From a virus (Duplodnaviria; Caudoviricetes), in the IMG/VR virus record IMGVR_UViG_3300027320_000012, positions 1-61,387 of that record: a stretch of 61,387 bases of DNA; one strand, 5' to 3'. Below the pieces are notes generated by a model. That model saw only the letters and a program-made list of their open reading frames with translations. It was not told the origin of the DNA and ran no database searches. The translations under genes and the position numbers were made by a program. Shown piece after piece: positions 18,057-27,862 of this stretch; position 1 is the first letter of the stretch, and each line of letters begins with the position of its first letter.

Positions 18057-21000
18057 TTAAGGGGCGAGGGCCACGACGCGACCGAAGCCTCGCCCGACTT
18101 GTGTGGATAGTTGGTACACAGCGACGTTGATGTCATCTGCCAAGGTGTAACCCTCCGTAGCAAGCTCTACGCCAGCGAAGATCGCGGTAGGCTCGCTGAC
18201 GGTCTGCGAAGTAATGAAGGTGCCGGTGTCGATTGGATCAAACTCGGCAAGCGCGGTGGGCGTGTTTGGCAACAAGAATATCTGGTACTGTTCGTTGTCC
18301 TCGTTCAGCGGGACGTCTTCAATACCGGTACCCGCCATGTTCCACGCGCCCCCAAGACGAGAGCGGCGGTTCCAAAGCACGGTCAGGTCTGTTCCATCAT
18401 CGGTTCGGCGAACGTAGCTTGGGGCGTACGGCTTGAGGTCGTTACCTTCTATCTCTTCACCCACAACAGACGCTTCGGCGATTAGACCGCCACGAGATAC
18501 CGCCTTGAAGTAACGGGTCACGCCGATAGCCTCAAGACCGTAAATCTCCGGCTGGATAGCCGGGTCGGTCAATAGTATGAAGGTCGCGCCTTCGGTATGC
18601 TCGAATACTTGTTGATCGCTTCCGCGACGACCGCGTATCAATGTGTCGAATGTGTACGTGCCGTCCGCGTTAGCGGTGACGTTTTGGAATTGGATAATTT
18701 CCCCCATGTTAGCGCCGGGGCTGTACACGAGGCAACGGTTGGCTTCACCGGTCACAAGCTCGTCAAGTGTCTTGCTTGACAGGTCCCCGTTATCAACACC
18801 AAGAGCCACGGTGAACGTGTTTTCGTAATCAATCGAGTGCAAAGAGCGCGGTGCTCCAAGAGCGCCAGAAGTCACGGAGCCCCAAGTGACGTCGGCTGAG
18901 ACGGTGTCGAAGTTAGTGTATCCGATGCCGTCGTTTGACTGGTATAGGTCCGCGCTGTTGAAGGACGTAGTATCAGAGCCAACCGCAGCGTAGTAGCGCA
19001 AGGCGTTACGTGCCAAGTCGTGGTAGTCGTATAGCAGCGGGATGTCCAAGACGAACATCTTGGCGTAGGCCGGAGTCAAAATAGAGTTGGTCGGGATGGA
19101 GGAAGTCTCCACCGCGCTGTCAATCGTCTCTTCGTAAACCGGATCACCAGAGCGAGACGTGTTAGCTTCGATGGCGAAGTTCGCGCCGATGTCGATCTTC
19201 TCGATTCTGTCCGTCAGAATACGCCCGTCATTGAATCTAAACTGTACCACGTCGCCGGGGTCTATGTCAATGTGCGTCCACGGGTACGACGTCTTTCCTT
19301 GGTCACGGCTCAGCCAAGAGAAGAACAATATGCGTTCAGCGATACGGCGTCCTTGGCGTTCTGTTAGAACGAGAGGAAGCTCTATGTTTTCGACAGTTCT
19401 CGAATACATCACAGGCACCGGTTGGGACACACGGCGATAGTGGGATGATCCTTGTTGATAGTCTCTGTTCGGATCAGAGAAGATCATGGAAATTTCTGCC
19501 GGAAGATCGTACTCTGGTACACGCGCTTCCACGAACGGGACGTCCCCGGTCGGGCCGCGTGTCTTTCCTAGTTCGTTCTCTGTTATAGTTCTTATGGCCG
19601 TGCTTGCGCGGGGCTTGAACTTGATTTTCCAATCAGATTCAATGCCTTCAACGAAGTATGACTTGAACAGATTCTCAAGAACCTTACGGCCATTTGTCGG
19701 TCTCGCAATGGTGTATCCACGAACGTTGGCGACGCCAACAAGCTGTGAGACGTCGTATTCGTCTGGGAGCATGCCTACACGCTCGCACACGTCCGCCACG
19801 ATACCAGAGATATCGGTTGACAACTGCCCTTCCAAAAGCTGCCCAAAGTTAAATCTTACCGGAGCGTTGCCTATGAAGGTAACCAGCGTGGCGCTGTTTG
19901 GATCGTATACCTGACAATCGTTTGACACAGCCCCGGAGGCAACCCCGCTGTATACGGTAGATTCGCCGGAGAACAGGTTCGCTAGGATAAGGTCAGTACC
20001 ATTAGCCCACGCAACAAAGCCGCCAGCTAGGCCTGAACGCGAGAAGCCGCTATCGTAGTTTGGTGGTGTCACACTGAATGTAGAAGAGCCTTGAAGGTAC
20101 GGGTCCGCACCTGTCCCGGCGGCGTTAGGGTCGTAGCGATACACAGTACCGCCACCACCACTGTTTTGGACTAGAACGTACACCAAAGATGTCGTCGCGT
20201 CGTATATCACGGCACTAAGGGCACCACCCGCAAGTCCTACGGTGTCCATGATTACGCGTTTTTGCGTGGGCGGGTTAACTGCGTCACCAGAGAGAGTAAA
20301 AACAGTCGATGACGACTGGTTGCTGAACTTTAGTCCGATCTTATGAACGCGGACGTCAGTTCCGTCAGTGCTCGCCCAATACACTGTGGTGTCTCCCGGC
20401 GATCCTCCGCCGTAGACCATAGGTCCATCGCCCAGACCTACGCTTGCCGTGTACCCGTTATTGAATATTCTTGTTGTTCCTGTGTCGAGGAATCCAATAC
20501 CGCCGCTTGTATTGCAGTAAGCAACAAGGGAGCGGGAGCCGTTAATACCCGCCTTCGTCCCGAAAGTCATGGTTTCCGTACCAGAAATGGCGAAAGCATC
20601 GGTGTTGGTGATGGTGAGCGAATTGTTCGAAAGCTTCACCGGACGGTCTGGGTTAGCGGCGACGCCTGCGCGAGCAATCCAATCACCATTAGAGTCCGCA
20701 CACAGAATACGTTCTATGGTGAGGCCGCTTTGTGCCGCAGGCACGTTCGCTGTCTCTGTGTTTGATACGAGACTGAAACGACGTACCTGCGTACCGGCGC
20801 TGATAATAGCCATCACGCGTGCGTAAGGGTCAATAGCCATCGCGTCGGTCGGGGCTCCCGCAACAGGAGAAGTCTCCGCAAAGGCGGTCTGGTCAATCGT
20901 ATCGTTAGGATTGACGGTTTGATCCGTCTGCCACACGATCTCCGCCGAGATGTTCGGGATGCGGTTACCGAAATCTTCCAGAGGAACATCGTCAAAAACT

Positions 21001-21755
21001 ATGTACGCCACCTCCTTGTAAGAAGGGGTGAACTGGTAGTCATAGGGCGTGCCTCCCCCGGCAACGACGTCGTCGCGAAGAGTTGTCAAGTAGGATGCGT
21101 ATAGTTGTGAACGGGCGTCAGACTCGCCGCTAAGCTGCCCGATCAATTCATTCATCGTTGTGAATTCAGACTGTGGCTGGTTGCCCTCGTTGACGTCAGC
21201 AATACCTTGCAAACGGCGGTTGATAGATTCCGCAATTAGCGGATCGATTGTGCCGGAGTTTATTTCGGGGTTATTTACGCCTCTACGAAATCGGAAGTTG
21301 TACTTATTATTCTTCTTGTCGTCGCCGCTGCCGGTGCCGTCATAGATAAGCTTACCGTCCGCCCATATCTTTCGGACGGCTTCGGCGGGTCCCTTCCCGA
21401 ATGCAATTGCGAACGATGCGTAGTACGAGTAGGTTGTGGACGTGCCTCCGCCTCCGCCTCCGCCTTTACCGCCGCCCTGCTTTTCGACAGTCTTGATTTC
21501 CTTCAATCCACCCGACCAGAACACGTTTCCTGTAGAACGAGTCGTGCCGTAGTTTTCTGGTATGATTTTACCGACCGTGGACGCTTGTACGTCCGTATCG
21601 CCAAGACGCGGGCCTTCAACATTCGGGCCCTCCGGCGCAAAGATGAATCCGCCAATAGCAGAACCAATCGCGAAGCCAATAGCCGCCACGCTAAAGAAGG
21701 AGCCGATTACGGCTCCAACAATGCCCAAGGCTAGGCGACCAAAACTGCTAGACAT
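18057..21755 (-). CDS. GTA-like central tail tip/host-specificity protein
   Basis: EGPRLGD...IPENYGT, KIWADGKL, LEDFGNRIPNISAEI, RGRRGS. Confidence 0.88.
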   Translation of the reverse strand: MSSSFGRLALGIVGAVIGSFFSVAAIGFAIGSAIGGFIFAPEGPNVEGPRLGDTDVQASTVGKIIPENYGTTRSTGNVFWSGGLKEIKTVEKQGGGKGGGGGGGTSTTYSYYASFAIAFGKGPAEAVRKIWADGKLIYDGTGSGDDKKNNKYNFRFRRGVNNPEINSGTIDPLIAESINRRLQGIADVNEGNQPQSEFTTMNELIGQLSGESDARSQLYASYLTTLRDDVVAGGGTPYDYQFTPSYKEVAYIVFDDVPLEDFGNRIPNISAEIVWQTDQTVNPNDTIDQTAFAETSPVAGAPTDAMAIDPYARVMAIISAGTQVRRFSLVSNTETANVPAAQSGLTIERILCADSNGDWIARAGVAANPDRPVKLSNNSLTITNTDAFAISGTETMTFGTKAGINGSRSLVAYCNTSGGIGFLDTGTTRIFNNGYTASVGLGDGPMVYGGGSPGDTTVYWASTDGTDVRVHKIGLKFSNQSSSTVFTLSGDAVNPPTQKRVIMDTVGLAGGALSAVIYDATTSLVYVLVQNSGGGGTVYRYDPNAAGTGADPYLQGSSTFSVTPPNYDSGFSRSGLAGGFVAWANGTDLILANLFSGESTVYSGVASGAVSNDCQVYDPNSATLVTFIGNAPVRFNFGQLLEGQLSTDISGIVADVCERVGMLPDEYDVSQLVGVANVRGYTIARPTNGRKVLENLFKSYFVEGIESDWKIKFKPRASTAIRTITENELGKTRGPTGDVPFVEARVPEYDLPAEISMIFSDPNRDYQQGSSHYRRVSQPVPVMYSRTVENIELPLVLTERQGRRIAERILFFSWLSRDQGKTSYPWTHIDIDPGDVVQFRFNDGRILTDRIEKIDIGANFAIEANTSRSGDPVYEETIDSAVETSSIPTNSILTPAYAKMFVLDIPLLYDYHDLARNALRYYAAVGSDTTSFNSADLYQSNDGIGYTNFDTVSADVTWGSVTSGALGAPRSLHSIDYENTFTVALGVDNGDLSSKTLDELVTGEANRCLVYSPGANMGEIIQFQNVTANADGTYTFDTLIRGRRGSDQQVFEHTEGATFILLTDPAIQPEIYGLEAIGVTRYFKAVSRGGLIAEASVVGEEIEGNDLKPYAPSYVRRTDDGTDLTVLWNRRSRLGGAWNMAGTGIEDVPLNEDNEQYQIFLLPNTPTALAEFDPIDTGTFITSQTVSEPTAIFAGVELATEGYTLADDINVAVYQLSTQVGRGFGRVVALAP

Positions 21756-22188
21756 AGTCTACCCCACGGAAAAGACGGATATCAACCAAGCGACTCTCAA
21801 GGGATTGGCTACCCTCAGAGTAGTATTGTTCGTGAACGCGACGCTTGGGAAAGGCTTCTGAGTGAATTACGGTCACTGCGCCTGTATCCGAATCTACCGC
21901 AAAAATGCCTGTATGGCAAGGCATGGTGGTGTCGTTAAAGATGCCTATCGCCCCATTAACAGGGACCACCGGTCTGACGGGATCAGTGTACAGGCGTATC
22001 TGTTGAAGGAACGCGGGGCCGGGGTCTCTTCGGTAACCTTTCAGGTCCTCACCTTCGAGACCAAATTCCCATATCGTGCGCATCAAAAGTCCTGCGCAAT
22101 CAATACCTCTTTCGGTACGTCCTTGGTGAACCCACTTTGTTCCAAGCCAAGAGCGGGCGTACTTCACTACATCATCGGGTGTTGTCAT
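21748..22188 (-). CDS. NlpC/P60 tail-associated peptidase
   Basis: ARSWLGTKWVHQGR...GIDCAGL...HTGI. Confidence 0.9.
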   Translation of the reverse strand: MTTPDDVVKYARSWLGTKWVHQGRTERGIDCAGLLMRTIWEFGLEGEDLKGYRRDPGPAFLQQIRLYTDPVRPVVPVNGAIGIFNDTTMPCHTGIFAVDSDTGAVTVIHSEAFPKRRVHEQYYSEGSQSLESRLVDIRLFRGVDYV

Positions 22189-24467
22189 TATTTCGCATCC
22201 GGGTAACGGAAAAGCTCATCTTGTCCGGGGATGTCAGGGAACCCGAAGAAGTTGATTATGTTTCTGAAAATAGCCGCGCAACTGATTCTTGATTTGTCAC
22301 AGCCGGGGTAGATCAGGAACTCACTTCCTATGTCAATATTGTCGGGAACAGACAAGAACAGGGAAACTTCCCCGGTTGACTGAACCCACGATTTCACTTC
22401 CATGGCGACGCCTGCGTTATCGCCAGTAACAAATATTACTGTACCTCCTTGGAACCATCCATCGACGGCACGGGGCTCCGTGATCGACGCGTTGAAAACT
22501 CTAGGGCCACCACCGTTGGTTACGACACCAGAGCGAAGATATGCGTTTCGTGCTGTAAATGTCGCACCACCATCTGCTGCGGTGGACCCGGCACCACCGA
22601 GGTAAGTCGCGGGGTAAGTCGCGGCGGTTGTGCCAGCGCTTGTGCATTCCCAATAGACATTGTTCAAAGTTGATGGCAAGAATGCTGGATCAACCTGTGC
22701 CGTGTCAAGCATCTTGGCGCGAAGCTCGTCGAACCAAGCACCGGCTACGCCTTGAGAATCTAGGTCAATACGCAATACGCGTGCTTGTGTCGGCACCTCT
22801 ATAGGTCCGGTGTCGAACGGCACCCAAGTGGTACCAACATCAGTGAAGCCGGAATTATACCCGGTGGCTACGCCTGTGCCATTGAATGGCGCTTTTGAGG
22901 TGACGAACGTGGTAGTGCCTGCGCCGGTACCGTAGTTGGTGGCGTCATTTCCGGTCTGGTCGTTTATCGTGCCATCGTCAAACGAGAACCAACGTAGAAG
23001 GTTTGCGTCAGGTGTCACGGGATCGCCCTTCGTGATCAGGACAATCTCTTCATATGGTATCGCCTCATCGTATATACGAACGTCGTCAAGGTATCCGTTA
23101 TCAAATGGTGTCAAGCCAGTGCCGAAAGGGATTACCTCGTCGTTGTTTGCGAACAGGTCCTCAAAATAGAATGGGCCATTCCATGCAGTGGTGTCCGAAG
23201 ACATCAATTCAAAGTTGATGTAAATGCGAACGGTGGTTCCTTCGCGTTGAACGATGACGTGATTCCACACACCTGTGTTGACTCTGGTGAGATCGGACGC
23301 CAAGTTGGGGCTGCTTATTACGGTGTCTAGGTCGTTGTCAGTAACGTAGTTGGATTGCAAGAGTATGGCGCGATCTGAATAAACGATCTGTGATCCTGTA
23401 TTCAACGTCAACACGCTGTTTTCCCCGACACCCCCCGCCATAATGCCGCCGTACGATGTGTCGTCTGGATTGATCCAGAACATGACCGTAAAGTCGCCCG
23501 GTATGTTGAACGTGCTGGCGTAGCGTTGACGTACTGTGGTACGCGCGGCACTTCCTCGCGTGCAGGTGTTGCCGTCTTCATCTAGGAAAGTCACACGGAC
23601 GCGTCCGTCACCGCCATCGTTTTTGCGGTAGCCTTCTAGGCGGAAGGTTGCATCGCCGTTTGTGACCACGGACAACGGTAGGTCGGAAGCACCTTCGAAA
23701 TCAATAAATTGCGATGTCGTGCCGTCACCGGCTCCGCCAACAAGAGACGCCGGGGCTGAGAATGCACCACCCACTGCGGTGGTCATCGGGTTGGCCCCAG
23801 AATCATACCAGTTCAAAGACGTCGCGAAACTACCGGCGCTCAGTGTGCTGAACGATGGGTCTTGAATTGTAAAGTCGTATCGAAGTCCAAGCTCTTCGTC
23901 ACTCTGCGCGGCAAGAACAACATCGCCCAAAGCGTAGGCTCTGCTGCGCTGTACTTGGTCCGGTCGAATGACGATACCGCAGGATGGTTCGCCAAGGTCG
24001 TACAAGCACGTGACACTGAAAATGTCCATGTAGTTGTAGGCAAGGCGCTGCATGAGGCCGCGAAGCTCGACTTGAAAAGTCTCGTTCGGCAGGGTCTGCA
24101 CCTCACCGAAAAAACCACGACGAAGTTTAATCTTTCCAGGAATGGCGTCAGACCAAGCTGTCATGAACACGCTGACGCGTGCGTTGTCGAACAGGCCGTT
24201 GCGCAGGTCTTGAGCAGGCAGGGCCAGTTCATTTGCCAAGCCAACAACTTCTAGGTTGTCAACGGATAGTGTTGAAGAGGTCTCGATTGCTGTGCGCTTG
24301 TACGCACCAATGGAGCTATAGGTAGAGCCTTCGATGATCAGGTCTTCGTCGGAATCAGTGAACAGATAGATGCGACCGTCCGCGCGCTCAATTTCCCAAC
24401 ACGTAGCGAGCCCGGTTACTTCCTGATCAAGGTGGTCTCTAAGGACCTGTGTTTCTACCGTCTTCAT
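22188..24467 (-). CDS. baseplate hub (DUF2163/BR0599-type) with inserted LamG-like domain
   Basis: ATCWEIERADG, CLYDLGEPSC, PGCDKSRISC...NFFGFPDIPG; WNHVIVQR...LDDVRIYD insert. Confidence 0.85.
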   Translation of the reverse strand: MKTVETQVLRDHLDQEVTGLATCWEIERADGRIYLFTDSDEDLIIEGSTYSSIGAYKRTAIETSSTLSVDNLEVVGLANELALPAQDLRNGLFDNARVSVFMTAWSDAIPGKIKLRRGFFGEVQTLPNETFQVELRGLMQRLAYNYMDIFSVTCLYDLGEPSCGIVIRPDQVQRSRAYALGDVVLAAQSDEELGLRYDFTIQDPSFSTLSAGSFATSLNWYDSGANPMTTAVGGAFSAPASLVGGAGDGTTSQFIDFEGASDLPLSVVTNGDATFRLEGYRKNDGGDGRVRVTFLDEDGNTCTRGSAARTTVRQRYASTFNIPGDFTVMFWINPDDTSYGGIMAGGVGENSVLTLNTGSQIVYSDRAILLQSNYVTDNDLDTVISSPNLASDLTRVNTGVWNHVIVQREGTTVRIYINFELMSSDTTAWNGPFYFEDLFANNDEVIPFGTGLTPFDNGYLDDVRIYDEAIPYEEIVLITKGDPVTPDANLLRWFSFDDGTINDQTGNDATNYGTGAGTTTFVTSKAPFNGTGVATGYNSGFTDVGTTWVPFDTGPIEVPTQARVLRIDLDSQGVAGAWFDELRAKMLDTAQVDPAFLPSTLNNVYWECTSAGTTAATYPATYLGGAGSTAADGGATFTARNAYLRSGVVTNGGGPRVFNASITEPRAVDGWFQGGTVIFVTGDNAGVAMEVKSWVQSTGEVSLFLSVPDNIDIGSEFLIYPGCDKSRISCAAIFRNIINFFGFPDIPGQDELFRYPDAK

Positions 24468-25375
24468 ACCAAAATCTCGATTAGGGGTACCGTCAGGCTA
24501 AGCTGGCGGAATTCGTCAAAGCTGATCTCCAACTCGTCTGTGTCGAAGCGTACAGGAACATCGAACTCTCCATATTCCACGCGGACGATAGCTCCCAACG
24601 GTGGTGGAACGTCAAACGATATCAAGCCGAGTGATTCGTTGACGTATACTTCTCCGTCCATTAGTTGGATAACGTCATCAACAGTCACTTGCATGTCTTG
24701 ACCGTTAGACGATACTTTCAGAGGCTTCTTGATCGGGCGGTCGTAAATGGTGTTGCCTGATTGGTATCTCTTGAATAGTTGGAATACCGAAGTAGTTCCG
24801 TCGCCTAGACCAATGTTCTGGCCCACAATTTGATAATCGTTCCAGTCCTTGAAACGAAAACCTATTGCCTTGCCCTTTGCCGTGTAGAAGAAATCTTCAA
24901 CAAGCTTTATCTCGTCCGGCGGTGTCGTGTCGAAGGATACATCATAACGCGCACGCAGGCGATCCCACTCAGCGTTAACTGAGACGATCCCGGAATCAAA
25001 ATCAACAACGTTTGTGCTAAAGCCCGGCCCACCTGACGATCCAAAAGATATACAATCGGGAAAGCGCTCTTCCATAAAGTCGTAGTCGATGACGAAGTTC
25101 GGTGTCGCGGGGAACAAGGGCCAGTATATGATGTATCCATTGGCCTTGAATACGGCCCCGTATATACCGGGCCACAGAAACTGGTATCCATTGTATTTGA
25201 TAGCCGTCGCGGGGTTCGCGTAAAGTTGATACCCCTTGAACGTAACGACACCGGACAGTTCGTTTGAGTTTTTCCCAAGGATCACGAACCCGCGCGCCAT
25301 GATAGCAGAGGCCGCAGCATCAGATGCTGCTGACGTCAAGACGTAACCGAGTGCTTTTCCTACATCTGCGGTCAT
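24464..25375 (-). CDS. DUF2460 distal tail protein with N-terminal extension
   Basis: ISFGSSGGPGFST, GFRFKDWND, GEFDVPVRFDTD. Confidence 0.85.
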   Translation of the reverse strand: MTADVGKALGYVLTSAASDAAASAIMARGFVILGKNSNELSGVVTFKGYQLYANPATAIKYNGYQFLWPGIYGAVFKANGYIIYWPLFPATPNFVIDYDFMEERFPDCISFGSSGGPGFSTNVVDFDSGIVSVNAEWDRLRARYDVSFDTTPPDEIKLVEDFFYTAKGKAIGFRFKDWNDYQIVGQNIGLGDGTTSVFQLFKRYQSGNTIYDRPIKKPLKVSSNGQDMQVTVDDVIQLMDGEVYVNESLGLISFDVPPPLGAIVRVEYGEFDVPVRFDTDELEISFDEFRQLSLTVPLIEILV

Positions 25376-25377
25376 GA

Positions 25378-26400
25378 TCAGACCGTCAGCAGGCCGACTT
25401 CCAGACCATCAAAGTCCGCCTGAACCCATGGCGCGAGTGTCGCCGGGTTCTGCGTGAACACGTGTATGTAATCGTTCGGCGCTAGGTTGTTTGCGCCGAG
25501 GCTTGACCCTTGATAGTCAATGGCGTTTATACGTACGAATGGTTGGAAATCCGATACGACGCCACCCAAGTCAGTCTGTACGACTTGGTTCGCAACAAAA
25601 GCGTAAATGATCTTGTCGGACGTGTCGAATGTCGGGGTCGTCAGAATCCAACTCTCTCGCTGCCCTGCCGCTGTGGAATAGATAAGATCGTTTGAGTCGT
25701 AACCCGGCTCATCGAGGTTTGTGTAGTTATTTGCGAACTGATTATAGAATCCCGAAGCTGCTGGTACCATAGTCACAAGTTCCATACCAACAGTAGGCAC
25801 AGCGTCGGTAATGATGATATCTTGATAGTTACAGGTATCTTTGTAGGCTCGTGTCTGCAACGCTTGCACAAGAAGACGCCCAGGAAGAGGCCAACCCGTT
25901 GCGTCTGTTACGACTCGTGTTTCACGAAGCTGCTGGTTCAGATAAAAGTCAACTGTGAGTGTATCATTTGCGTCGGTAACGGTAGATACGCGCACGCGGA
26001 AATCGAACTCGACGAATTCCTGATTGGAGAAAGTATATTTAAATGAACCCGCCGAAACGTCTCCAGAAACCGCCGAAGTGGCCCATCTTGTTACGAATTC
26101 GAAATTGCTGGAAACGCTGCCGCCGTCGCGGACGCCTGTCAGGAACTCCCCCCCAATGCCGTAGATATTGATGAACGTAAGCGATGTCCCCCCGCTGTCT
26201 AAGTAATCGTCGCGTGCCATCAAAATGTGGAACCACATGTCGTTGGATTCTTCGCCAGACAGCAATTGACGAAACATAGTGTCGCCATAATTCAATTGCA
26301 CGGACCCACGATGTTTATTATCGGTACTGCCGAGCGTATTAAGGGTATTTGTGTATAGGGCGTGCTCGCCTTCGGCGGCGGCTACAAGTACAGCGGGCAT
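25378..26400 (-). CDS. tail-region virion protein (beta-rich)
   Basis: Between the two DUF2460 genes; ends QNPATLAPW...GLEVGL. Confidence 0.65.
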   Translation of the reverse strand: MPAVLVAAAEGEHALYTNTLNTLGSTDNKHRGSVQLNYGDTMFRQLLSGEESNDMWFHILMARDDYLDSGGTSLTFINIYGIGGEFLTGVRDGGSVSSNFEFVTRWATSAVSGDVSAGSFKYTFSNQEFVEFDFRVRVSTVTDANDTLTVDFYLNQQLRETRVVTDATGWPLPGRLLVQALQTRAYKDTCNYQDIIITDAVPTVGMELVTMVPAASGFYNQFANNYTNLDEPGYDSNDLIYSTAAGQRESWILTTPTFDTSDKIIYAFVANQVVQTDLGGVVSDFQPFVRINAIDYQGSSLGANNLAPNDYIHVFTQNPATLAPWVQADFDGLEVGLLTV

Positions 26401-26454
26401 GGCTTTCCTCTTTCGGTTTGTGTCAAACTATCATTTGGCACATGTAGTGTCAAG

Positions 26455-27831
26455 TTATACAGGATAGTCGGCGGCAGGTACCGGGACATTTCCAATTCCG
26501 GGGTATCGGGTTCTTCCGTAGGTGATTCGAACAGAGTCGATACCGCCTTGGTATGACCCTTGATTCGCTCCGTAAGATGCGAAGCCGCCTATGGTTACCG
26601 GGGCGGCTGTATTGTTCAAGGTTCCGGGGCTCTGCGATGTGAGCACCGTCTCTCCTTGAATGCGCATAACGATCAGGCCGGAGCTAAGGCGAGATATCGC
26701 CACATGCTGCCACGTGTCGTCTTCAAACTCGACCCAAGGATAATTCAGGACGTCCGTCTCCGTGGTCCCGTCCAAAGACACCCCAAAGCGAAGACGTTTC
26801 TGCGCTGGCTCATATCGAAGAAGCCAAGAAAGGTCTGAGCCGCCTGTTACCCACTTACCTATGATCGGCTGGTACAACTCACCAGTGCTAGGGCGCGTCA
26901 GGTATAGCTCCACATCGAACGGTGCGTTGGGGTTTGAAAAATCAAAACGCGTTCCCGGTACACTCGTGTATCCGGTTGCGCCTGATACCAACGAACCAAG
27001 TCCAGAGGCTGATGTCGCTGTTGTCAGGGTGGCGGGCGCTGTTATCGTTACCGATTCATTGTAACGGGAATCGTCTTCGGTGGTGGCGAGATTAGCTGTG
27101 TCATTGAACTTCAACAGCAGGCGTGTGCTGGAATAGTACGGATCATCAGCGGTGTACAAAGTAAAGGTCGCTGCGTCTGGTGAGGGGACCGTGCCGTACG
27201 TAAATGTATCTCTGATTCCGATCAGCGGCAGCTTCGACAGGTTGTTGTTATTGTACCCGTCGATGACCACCTGCAAGCTGTCCACATCGAAGCGCACCGG
27301 TTCATCGAACTCAAGTGTCGCCGCTTTGATCGGGATGCCTTCGCCGGGTCCCTGTCCATTCTTGAATACGATCTCGCCACTATTGTAGTCGATGTTGAAG
27401 TCAACACCTTCTACCAGAGGAAAGCCGCCAATGGTCACACCTGATACCGAGCCCGGAACGATCTTGTACAGTCTCTTGTACGACTGCGTCGCCGGAACCC
27501 CGTACGTTCTAATCATCGGAAGGCGGGTAGATATCCCGTCTCCGACTGCGATGTTACCATTTAGAATCTGGTAGTTAGCCCAATTCTTATAACGGAAGCC
27601 GCGCAGTTTGCCCTGACGGGCATTGAAGAATTCGATGACTTCGAACATCTGCGCATCGGTTTTGATGCCGTACGCGACGTTAAATTCCATGATCGGAGAT
27701 TTCCAATCAACGTTACGCTTCTCATACCCACGATACGTCTCGAAGACCTGAGTCTTAAAGGTAGGACCGCCGGACGATCCATAGCTTACGTTCGTTGGGA
27801 AACGAACTTCATCAAATATTACTGCTGCCAT
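26455..27831 (-). CDS. DUF2460 distal tail protein fused to LamG-like domain
   Basis: VSYGSSGGPTF, GFRYKNW, EFDEPVRFD; WQHVAISR...IDSVRIT. Confidence 0.85.
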   Translation of the reverse strand: MAAVIFDEVRFPTNVSYGSSGGPTFKTQVFETYRGYEKRNVDWKSPIMEFNVAYGIKTDAQMFEVIEFFNARQGKLRGFRYKNWANYQILNGNIAVGDGISTRLPMIRTYGVPATQSYKRLYKIVPGSVSGVTIGGFPLVEGVDFNIDYNSGEIVFKNGQGPGEGIPIKAATLEFDEPVRFDVDSLQVVIDGYNNNNLSKLPLIGIRDTFTYGTVPSPDAATFTLYTADDPYYSSTRLLLKFNDTANLATTEDDSRYNESVTITAPATLTTATSASGLGSLVSGATGYTSVPGTRFDFSNPNAPFDVELYLTRPSTGELYQPIIGKWVTGGSDLSWLLRYEPAQKRLRFGVSLDGTTETDVLNYPWVEFEDDTWQHVAISRLSSGLIVMRIQGETVLTSQSPGTLNNTAAPVTIGGFASYGANQGSYQGGIDSVRITYGRTRYPGIGNVPVPAADYPV

Positions 27832-27862
27832 GGCGCTTGCGTATCACCTTTTGTCACACCCG

